A stretch of 64,000 bases of DNA from Lachnospiraceae bacterium (lineage in GTDB: Bacteria > Bacillota > Clostridia > Lachnospirales > Lachnospiraceae), in contig JAGBKB010000002.1 of assembly GCA_017934175.1 (NCBI GenBank), positions 11,060 through 75,059 of the forward strand, written 5' to 3'. Each line of letters starts with the position of its first letter. Position 1 is the stretch's first letter. A program made the translations under genes and the position numbers. A model generated the notes under the pieces. The model searched no databases. It saw only the letters and a list, made by a program, of their open reading frames with translations, and was not told the DNA's origin. Shown one piece after another: positions 56,217-64,000 of the stretch.

Positions 56217-57846
56217 TTACTTTCTCTCTTTCAATCAATCTCATTATCAAACTAAATACGATAACTACCAATATAATCATACTCGCAAACACACACGCTT
56301 CGTGATACTCTCCTATATAAATGCTATCAAACAAATCAAATACGGCAAGATTCTTACCAGGTGTGATTAAAAATAAAATACTTCCAGCAGTAGTCATAGC
56401 ACCATTAAAATTATATAAGACAACACTTGATAAAACATTCTTAATTTTAGGAATAATTACATCTATAAGTACATTGTGATTTTTACCTCCCAAATCAAGA
56501 CAACTATTTATAAGTTCATTTGGTATCTGTGCAAATGCTCCTTCACACATTTTCGTTGTAATTGGAAGTTGTTTAAAAATAATATTTGTTATAACTATAA
56601 TCGCTGTCCCTGTGAGTTTCATCGGACTTTTATTAAATGCAAGTATATACGAAAGTCCAAAATAAGTTCCAGGTATCATAAATGGAATCATAATAATTAT
56701 ACTCAAAATATTAGTAAGTTTGTACTTCTTTTTTAGCATGCTATTCATATAACTAAATATAATAGCAAAAGTTACACATACAAATGACACTATTACTGCA
56801 TAAACTATACTTCTTATCAAACTTGAAAAATCATACTTATAAAATTTTTCTATATATTCAGATGTAAAAACATATACTCCTTCTGACCTTTTAAATAGTG
56901 CATAAAAGAAAATAGCAATATACTGCATCAAAATTATCAACAAATATAATAAAGAAATTAAACTTATTATAAACCCTTCTATTCCAAGTTTTTTTAAATA
57001 TAATTTATTTATAATATTTGTTCTACTTATAGTTGTATTCTCATATTTATTTATCATTTTTATATATATTATAAATATTAAAAATGATGGCACCATTAAA
57101 ACTACATTCATAGCAGCGGCAATATCTATATTACTGAAACCAACTATTTGCATATATATTTCGCTTGAAAATGTGGAATACCTTCCACCAACAATAGTTG
57201 GAGTAGCAAAGTCACAAATAGACCTAACAAATGTGAGTACAAAAGTAATAAGTATCCCATTTTTCATAAATGGCAACACTACATCATTTAACACTGAAGA
57301 ACCTTTAGCCCCTAAGTCTATGGCAGAATTAATTATGCTTTTATCTATTTTTTTTATTAAACTTATAAGATAAATAATATTGAGTGGTGCAAAACTAATT
57401 ATTTGCATAAGAATAATGCCATACTTATTATACGGATTAAGTGATAATCCCAAAAGTCCATATGATATAATACCTCTTCTCCCATATAGTATGAGATATG
57501 AAAGTGATGATACAAATGGCGGCGAAACAAATGCAAGTAGAATAATAAGTGTTAAAAGTTCTTTTAATATTTTACCTCTCATAGAAATAAATATTGATAC
57601 TATAACCGATAAAATACTTGTTAATATAGAAGCGATAATTCCAACATATATACTATTTAGCATTTGAGACTTATATTTTGCTATGACATTTACATAATTA
57701 TCAAAACTAAAAAATCCGTTTATGTGAAAACTCCTTACGAGCATACACATAAACGGATACAAAACAAATATTAAAACTGATGCAACGAGTGCACCTGCAA
57801 TTAAACAATTAATAAAATTGTTTTTAATCTTTTGCAGCCTTGTCAC
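56206..57846 (-). CDS. ABC transporter permease, duplicated (FbpB-like)
   Basis: 546-aa ORF with two 6-TM halves. Confidence 0.8.
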   Translation of the reverse strand: MTRLQKIKNNFINCLIAGALVASVLIFVLYPFMCMLVRSFHINGFFSFDNYVNVIAKYKSQMLNSIYVGIIASILTSILSVIVSIFISMRGKILKELLTLIILLAFVSPPFVSSLSYLILYGRRGIISYGLLGLSLNPYNKYGIILMQIISFAPLNIIYLISLIKKIDKSIINSAIDLGAKGSSVLNDVVLPFMKNGILITFVLTFVRSICDFATPTIVGGRYSTFSSEIYMQIVGFSNIDIAAAMNVVLMVPSFLIFIIYIKMINKYENTTISRTNIINKLYLKKLGIEGFIISLISLLYLLIILMQYIAIFFYALFKRSEGVYVFTSEYIEKFYKYDFSSLIRSIVYAVIVSFVCVTFAIIFSYMNSMLKKKYKLTNILSIIIMIPFMIPGTYFGLSYILAFNKSPMKLTGTAIIVITNIIFKQLPITTKMCEGAFAQIPNELINSCLDLGGKNHNVLIDVIIPKIKNVLSSVVLYNFNGAMTTAGSILFLITPGKNLAVFDLFDSIYIGEYHEACVFASMIILVVIVFSLIMRLIEREKVNVV

Positions 57847-58930
57847 CCATCATAGGTTCAAATCTTTCTAATATCTCTTTTCTCATTGAACCAAAAAGTG
57901 ATAAATCTTCTTCCATAAGTTTAGTTGAATCAAAAGAAAGTGTAAGCCCTTCTATGCTTGGCTTAATTACTTTTACACCTGTCTTTTTATCAATCTCTGC
58001 AAGATATTTTAAATTATCATCATTACTATATAGCCACTCAATAAACATTTTAGCATTTTCTACATTTGCTGAATTTTTAAATACTGCTACACCTTCTGGT
58101 ACCCAAGGAACACCATCCTCTGGATATACAGTTGATAAATTATTTTCTTTTAATATAGCCTCTATTGTACCATCAAGATAAGTTATGCCAATAGGATATT
58201 CACCTGCCATAACTTTATTTTTTGGGTCTGAACCTCTCTTGCCATAGTAAGCAATATTGTCATTGAGTTTTGTTAAATAGTCCCAACCATCTTTTTTAGT
58301 TTGAATGAGTGCATTAACTACTGCATAGTTTGTACCAGAGATTGCAGGGTTTGACATTATTATCTCACCTTTATATTCAGGTTTTAGTAAGTCATCCCAA
58401 GTTTTTGGATATTCAAAATTCTTTTCTTTCATCAAGTCATCATTAAATAAAAATCCTACAACTGTTATGCCTTTTGAGAAATAATAGTTATCTGCATCTT
58501 TAAACTGTGGGTCAAGAAGTTTGCTTGCTTCAAAGTCTACTTTTTCTAAAAGCCCATCATCTTTTGCTGCCATAAATGCATCTATACCACCACCAAACCA
58601 TACATCAGCACCTGGTGTACCACCTTCGGCACGAAGTTTTGATAATACATCCCCTGATGACATAGATAAGATTTCTGATTTAATTCCAGTTTCTTTTTCA
58701 AATTTAGCAAATAAATCTACATAATCTTTACTTGTGGCAACTACTTTTAATTCGCCACTTGATGTTTTTGTTGTTGCAACTGCTTCAGTTGCTGTTGTTT
58801 CTTCTGGTTGTGCATTTGTAGTGTTGTTATTTGCACCACTTGCACAAGCAAAAAGTGAAAATGTCATTAACATAACAAGTAAAATAGATACTAACTTTTT
58901 CATGTTCCCTCTCCTTAAAATTACCTTCAC
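57824..58930 (-). CDS. ABC transporter substrate-binding lipoprotein (iron(III)-type family 1 SBP)
   Basis: 368-aa ORF with lipobox LFACAS. First gene of the three-gene operon. Confidence 0.78.
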   Translation of the reverse strand: MKVILRRGNMKKLVSILLVMLMTFSLFACASGANNNTTNAQPEETTATEAVATTKTSSGELKVVATSKDYVDLFAKFEKETGIKSEILSMSSGDVLSKLRAEGGTPGADVWFGGGIDAFMAAKDDGLLEKVDFEASKLLDPQFKDADNYYFSKGITVVGFLFNDDLMKEKNFEYPKTWDDLLKPEYKGEIIMSNPAISGTNYAVVNALIQTKKDGWDYLTKLNDNIAYYGKRGSDPKNKVMAGEYPIGITYLDGTIEAILKENNLSTVYPEDGVPWVPEGVAVFKNSANVENAKMFIEWLYSNDDNLKYLAEIDKKTGVKVIKPSIEGLTLSFDSTKLMEEDLSLFGSMRKEILERFEPMMGDKAAKD

Positions 58931-58993
58931 TTTATTATATTATAGTATTTTTTGTATAAAATCACAATACTTAAGGCATCTTAATATTATATT

Positions 58994-59752
58994 TTATTTT
59001 GGGTAGGCTATAACGAATGGCTGCTCATAAGGCACTTGCTTTTTAACACAAGGTCCCTCTCTCCACATATCAAAAAATCTTCCAAGTGGGAATATATAAT
59101 ACCCATCTTGATAATGGTCTGTTACATCATATGAATCTGCAAATATAAGCACATCATCATAAGGGTCTATACCATTACAAATATCTATACCAATTATAGT
59201 TTGCCAGTGACCATTCCAATCCACCCAATCAACCATTATAGGAACACCATTATCAATTTTTTCAATTACAAACTTTTCAAATGCACTGACATCATCAAAA
59301 TAACCTTTTTCACTTGCATTATACTCTACATTATATCCTTGACTCTTAAAAAAGTTAGCCAACTCCTCTACAAATGTGCCTTTTTCAGTATCTACTTTTA
59401 CAAGTTCGCCTATTTGCATCTCATCAAAATCTCTATTTCCATAATGATTTAATACCATAAGGGCAGAGGAACAGCCACAAGTATGCTCTTCAGTCTGTTG
59501 ATAAGTCTCAAACTCTGAAATGATATGCAAAGTTCCACTACTTTTCATATTATAATAATCATTTATCACATAATACTTACTATTAAAATTGTCACTCATA
59601 TGATTAAATGCATCCGCACCATAGTCATCATTTAGAGTCTTTAAATTTGAACTATATGGTATTGTATGAAACGAAATTTGTGACTTGCTTGCACAAGCAA
59701 AAAATAAAAATGCAAATAACAAAGTAAATGACAATAATATTTTTTTCTTCAT
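58994..59752 (-). CDS. Lipoprotein with a C39-like papain-fold peptidase domain
   Basis: 252-aa ORF with lipobox FFACAS. EEHTCGCSSALMVLNHYG resembles the catalytic-Cys region of C39_2-type domains. Confidence 0.5.
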   Translation of the reverse strand: MKKKILLSFTLLFAFLFFACASKSQISFHTIPYSSNLKTLNDDYGADAFNHMSDNFNSKYYVINDYYNMKSSGTLHIISEFETYQQTEEHTCGCSSALMVLNHYGNRDFDEMQIGELVKVDTEKGTFVEELANFFKSQGYNVEYNASEKGYFDDVSAFEKFVIEKIDNGVPIMVDWVDWNGHWQTIIGIDICNGIDPYDDVLIFADSYDVTDHYQDGYYIFPLGRFFDMWREGPCVKKQVPYEQPFVIAYPK

Positions 59753-59895
59753 TTTCCCTACCCTCTTATATTATATTTGTAATATTATACATATAAATAG
59801 CAAATATATCAATGCAGATATTCCCCATAAAAAGTGTTGACTTATTACACTTTTTTGGGTGAAATATAGTAATAAATCACATTTTTTCACTAAAA

Positions 59896-60318
59896 ATGCC
59901 ACTCAGAGCTTACTGCGAATTAGATGCTTTTAAAGTTTATTTTCTTGATATCGGTTTACTCTCTTGTATGAGCGGTTTAACATCTAATATCTTAACTACA
60001 AACGATGATATATTTGTTGAATTTAAAGGCATACTAACAGAACAATTTGTTTTGCAAGAAATTAAAAGTGCTATAGACTACTTTGGCTACTATTATACCA
60101 ATAAGACATCAACCAGTGAAATCGATTTTTTAATTAATAATTCTGATGGCATTATTCCAATAGAAGTCAAGGCTGGAATCAATTTAAAAGCAAAAAGTTT
60201 AAAAACATATATAGATAAATACAATCCTCCTTATGCAATAAAAACAAGTTTACTTAACTATGCTGTTAATGAAAAGATTAAAAATTTTCCACTATATTGT
60301 ATTAGAGACATAGTATAA
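59896..60318 (+). pseudogene. C-terminal fragment of a DUF4143-containing AAA ATPase
   Basis: 140 aa with KVYFLDIGLL ... EIDFLI ... IPIEVKAG. The N-terminal AAA domain is absent. Confidence 0.6.
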
Positions 60319-60370
60319 AAGTTTGCCTTCAATATTTTCTTTATACAAAAACTAAATATAGAATATTAGG

Positions 60371-62062
60371 TTAATTTATAATTTCCCCTGCTTCTTTCAT
60401 TTCTTGTATTACTGTTGTGATTACCCTTTCATTAAATCTTTCTTCATTTAAATAATTAATAATAACAAACTCTTGCTTTATATTATTAGCAATCAACTCT
60501 TTAACTCTTTTTTTAGTCATTTCTTTCCAATCTATCCCCATATCTCTGCATATCTTTTGAAAATCTTCCATACTAATATTGTGTTCATTTTGTAATTTTA
60601 TTTGCAGTTTTTCTTCAGAATAAGTTTGCTGTGCCAGATAATTATTGATTAAATCTTTTATTTCCGTCAACTTTTGATTAGTTTCTGCAGATACCACATT
60701 ATGTTGTATCATATTACTACTTTGAATATTTTGAGTTGGTTGAGTTTGCATCACAACTTTTTCATTCATTACACTATTTATATTAGAAAGAATTTTTTCT
60801 GCTTCTGCCCTTTCAAATCCTGCCATCACTAGTTTTTGTATTTTTTCTTCATCAGTTATATTTTCTATATATCCACCAGGATAAGCATCAAACACTCGTT
60901 GAACAGCAGATTTTGCTTCTCCCTCAGTAAACTCATAATTTTCTAATTCATCAATAAAACCTTCTTTTTGAATATCTGGTGTTTTTATTTTTATTACCAT
61001 GGCTGTCTTAAATGCTTGAGCAGCCCAACTAATTCCACTACTATTTGATGCATACATGGCATCCTCACCATTAAAACCATAATTTTTCATTTTATCAATT
61101 AATGCTTTTTTTGATATATACCATTTTTCAGAACATTGTTTTTTTTCATATTCTATTCCCTTTTGCTTTCTTTTTTCTATCATAACTCTATCATAATCTT
61201 TTAATTGATTATCATTTCCGTCATCATAACATAATCCATATTTTTCATTATGCCCTTGTAGAACACTTTCACCTATCCCATACACTTCATATATCATTTC
61301 ATTTTCATAAGCCAACTTTAATTCTGCAAACTCATCAGGCAATGCTCCACGTAATTCTGCTATATCTCTTGAATTAGTAATAAGATATGCTCTTTCAGCT
61401 GCATATTTTGCTTCTTGTTCTTCAAATAACTCGTATTCTAATATTTCTATTATATTTTTTTTATTTGCAGGATTTCCTATTGCATTTCTAATTTTTAAAT
61501 ACTCTGTTGCACATTTTATTGCTTGTTCTCTGTAACTTACTTGAGCATTTGCCATAGCCCAATCAACTTTATCAGTTGTCAAATTCTCTTGTCCCACTTT
61601 AATCTCTATCATTTTTCTTAGCATACGCTTTGACAATGGATATTTATTTAATAAATTATTTGCAATATCAAGATTCCATGTTAATTCTGTACTTGCATTG
61701 TCAGTATTACTTGCAAACACATTATCTTTTAAAGCTTCAAACTGATTTTCTGATATGTCGATAATCATTCCTCTTGGGTTCACTTTATAAGTTGATCCAT
61801 TAAATACAAATGTTTCTGTTTTTGGAGTCCCGTCATCATTAAAATAATAATAACGATTTTTTATTTTTTGTAGTCCTGTAAGCAAATTACCATTTTCATC
61901 AAAAAAATATAATTTCCCATCTATATTTTTTTGCGTATCCGTCACGAAATCTCCATTTTCATCTTTATACATCCAAGCATCACCATTTTGTACCCACTCA
62001 CCTGCAAAAATTGTGCTTGCAGTCCAAAAAACTAACAATGTAGTTAATAGAATTTTTTTCAT
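60371..62062 (-). CDS. Secreted protein: cell-wall-binding repeats plus multiple Ltp-like helical repeats
   Basis: 563-aa ORF with a signal peptide and CW_binding_1-type repeats (GEWVQNGDAWMYKDENG..., GKLYFFDENG). It also has several segments of the pattern ...GF(s/n)xE(e/d)Ax(y/k)A... that resemble Ltp repeats. Confidence 0.6.
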   Translation of the reverse strand: MKKILLTTLLVFWTASTIFAGEWVQNGDAWMYKDENGDFVTDTQKNIDGKLYFFDENGNLLTGLQKIKNRYYYFNDDGTPKTETFVFNGSTYKVNPRGMIIDISENQFEALKDNVFASNTDNASTELTWNLDIANNLLNKYPLSKRMLRKMIEIKVGQENLTTDKVDWAMANAQVSYREQAIKCATEYLKIRNAIGNPANKKNIIEILEYELFEEQEAKYAAERAYLITNSRDIAELRGALPDEFAELKLAYENEMIYEVYGIGESVLQGHNEKYGLCYDDGNDNQLKDYDRVMIEKRKQKGIEYEKKQCSEKWYISKKALIDKMKNYGFNGEDAMYASNSSGISWAAQAFKTAMVIKIKTPDIQKEGFIDELENYEFTEGEAKSAVQRVFDAYPGGYIENITDEEKIQKLVMAGFERAEAEKILSNINSVMNEKVVMQTQPTQNIQSSNMIQHNVVSAETNQKLTEIKDLINNYLAQQTYSEEKLQIKLQNEHNISMEDFQKICRDMGIDWKEMTKKRVKELIANNIKQEFVIINYLNEERFNERVITTVIQEMKEAGEIIN

Positions 62063-62087
62063 AACATTCCTTTCTATTTAAAATATT

Positions 62088-64000
62088 TTATTCTATATAT
62101 TTTCCATCTTTGTCCACTTTATACCCATCTGGGGTTGTTGTATCTTTAAGCATTTTACCTTCTTTATCAACATAATACTCATTGTCAATCCATTTGTTCT
62201 TAACTATATTACCATCAGACCCAAGATAATACCAGTCTCCATTATATTCTTGCCATTGATTTATTACTTTCACATTATTTACATAATACGAATCTCCTCT
62301 CCAGCCATTTTTAATTGCAAATGTATCATCATATATTTGTGGATAATTAAAAGTATCAATCCAAAATGTATACGTTTTGTTATATCCACCACCATTCTTT
62401 CTTAGCCTTAATAAAAATGGTTGTCCAGTTATTAAATGATTTCTTATTGTAATTACGGCTTGATGATTATCAACATATATTCTATCACTCTTACTATTCA
62501 TCGTTCCAGTAAATATATAATTTTTATTTACCCGACTACTAAGAGCCAGAGTATAATTATCATCTATATACCTATAATCGTTCTCTATTTTATCATATTT
62601 ATCATCATACACACAGAAAAATATATCTGACTTGTCAAGATATAAATCTAAATAAGCATCTTCTTCATTCTTAGAATTATAATAACTCACTCCTATAATC
62701 TTTTTACTATTAGCTATATATTTTTCAGCACTATTATTATATTGATTTTGTAACCAGAGTTTTCTTGTTCCTTTACCTTCATTGTCAAAAGTCCACTCCG
62801 TACCACCAATTTCTTTCGTAATACTTTTAGCCATATTTCCATACGAATCTACATAATAATATGAATTATTAAAATTTAAGTTAAATCCTGCTTGTTCAAA
62901 TGCATCTTCAAGATATAGTATAGCTATTGCATCTGTAAAATTTGCATTTTCATTATATACATGATATTGCTTAATTCCTATGCTTGAACCAGTTTCAACT
63001 ATTATCTTATCCTTTTGCTTAACCCCGGTTTCGTCGTAAAAACTATATTTTCCAGTTTGTTCATCTTTTAACCAGTCACTAATAATCAATTCTCCTGTTT
63101 TAGCATCTTTAATGTATATATCTTGACCAACACTATTAAGCCACGGCCCTTGAACATCTTTTACAACGACTCCAGAGCTACTTACATATGCAGTATAACT
63201 TGGTGTTGAATTTTCCCACAATTTGTTTTTTAAATTCTTGCCATCATCATCAAATGCATATGTCTTTCCATTTATCTCAACTAATTCGTTTCTTGCAAAA
63301 AACCCATTATTTTTTAGATAGTATGTATCTTCACCATCATTGACAAAATAATTCTTTCTTTTTTCACCTTTATCATCTACATAATAAACTCCAATCCATG
63401 CATTCTTTTGCATTTTGCCTGAACTATCAAAATGATATTCTTTCCCATTATGTGTTACCCATTCATTCTTTGCAAATGTTCCATCTCTAAACTTGTATTG
63501 TCGGTCACCATACATATTTTTTACAAATTTTCCTGGATTTCGTAATGATAAGCCGAAAATAATCGCAACTACTAATAAGACAACTCCCACACAGCCTACT
63601 ATTACTTTTTTTGCTTTTGGACTTTTTAAATCAACTCTTTTTATTTTATCACTTACACTTGTTGTTAAAGAACTTAATTTATTTTTTACTTTTTCAACAC
63701 TAATTGTCTCATTATGTACTTTTAGTTTATTATAAATTCCAGCTACCACAAGTCCTATTGATGCAATATATAATAAATAATATCCAGGTCCTTTTATTAT
63801 CATACTTGACACAATTTCATTGGTCGCCTCATTTTGCCCAGCAAAACTCGTAATATTAAATGTATCATATATCAAAATAGATAAATTTATAATCGCACAT
63901 ATTATAACTGCTGTTTTCTTTTTTAAAAATGAAAAAATAATAGCAATAATTGCAATTATTACTATTATCTTTCCGTCTCCATCAAAGTATGATTTTTGGA
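62088..64000 (-). CDS. Membrane-anchored cell-wall-binding repeat protein (5' end outside window)
   Basis: The frame stays open upstream of the track start (63875, TTG) to the window edge. TM helices, then many CW_binding_1-type repeats (GKEYHFDSSG, GKTYAFDDDG, DWYYLGSDG). Confidence 0.75.
   Translation of the reverse strand, partial: QKSYFDGDGKIIVIIAIIAIIFSFLKKKTAVIICAIINLSILIYDTFNITSFAGQNEATNEIVSSMIIKGPGYYLLYIASIGLVVAGIYNKLKVHNETISVEKVKNKLSSLTTSVSDKIKRVDLKSPKAKKVIVGCVGVVLLVVAIIFGLSLRNPGKFVKNMYGDRQYKFRDGTFAKNEWVTHNGKEYHFDSSGKMQKNAWIGVYYVDDKGEKRKNYFVNDGEDTYYLKNNGFFARNELVEINGKTYAFDDDGKNLKNKLWENSTPSYTAYVSSSGVVVKDVQGPWLNSVGQDIYIKDAKTGELIISDWLKDEQTGKYSFYDETGVKQKDKIIVETGSSIGIKQYHVYNENANFTDAIAILYLEDAFEQAGFNLNFNNSYYYVDSYGNMAKSITKEIGGTEWTFDNEGKGTRKLWLQNQYNNSAEKYIANSKKIIGVSYYNSKNEEDAYLDLYLDKSDIFFCVYDDKYDKIENDYRYIDDNYTLALSSRVNKNYIFTGTMNSKSDRIYVDNHQAVITIRNHLITGQPFLLRLRKNGGGYNKTYTFWIDTFNYPQIYDDTFAIKNGWRGDSYYVNNVKVINQWQEYNGDWYYLGSDGNIVKNKWIDNEYYVDKEGKMLKDTTTPDGYKVDKDGKYIE

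Noticed and set aside
1-64000. Search for tRNA, rRNA, tmRNA or other classical RNA genes in the intergenic regions.
   Set aside because: No cloverleaf-compatible GC-rich segments (GTTCGAATC-like T-arms) or rRNA-like conserved blocks were seen. The intergenic regions are AT-rich apart from terminator hairpins.

Overview
A 64-kb chromosomal segment from a very AT-rich, Clostridia-like Firmicute. The taxon is inferred from gene content, codon style and cell-wall-binding repeats, and composition was judged by eye only. Almost all genes lie on the minus strand.

Core content:
- a LysR regulator and mnmA;
- a 4-gene polar amino-acid ABC transporter;
- a rhodanese-TtcA-like tRNA thiolation enzyme;
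- hydG and metY-metA;
- a PrsW protease plus a metallophosphoesterase;
- comEC and degV;
- ferritin-asd-lysC-hom;
- a 7-gene sugar or polyol ABC/kinase/aldolase/dehydrogenase locus with a divergent DeoR regulator;
- moaC, tdk, a uridine-kinase-like NTPase and a tupA-like binding protein;
- an iron-type ABC transporter;
- two cell-wall-binding repeat proteins.

Two accessory islands interrupt this backbone.
- Island 1 (about 6.7-12.8 kb) is flanked by ~100-bp direct repeats. It carries lipoproteins, an XRE regulator, an AlbA_2/Schlafen-like ATPase with a membrane partner, and an orphan AbiEi-like DUF6088 gene.
- Island 2 (about 36.2-49.0 kb) carries transposase and recombinase remnants, a decayed IS3 element, membrane-protein paralogs, TA-like pairs and many pseudogenes.

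Most interesting signal: two homologous 27-codon leader peptides. One is Cys-rich and sits upstream of the amino-acid ABC operon. The other is Met-rich and sits upstream of metY-metA. Each overlaps an antiterminator strand and is followed by an intrinsic terminator, so they look like ribosome-mediated Cys and Met transcription attenuators. I found no S-box or T-box hallmarks in either leader.

Second recurring pattern: a consensus -10 box only 6-8 nt upstream of an ATG with no Shine-Dalgarno, suggesting leaderless mRNAs.

No rRNA, tRNA or CRISPR array was recognised.
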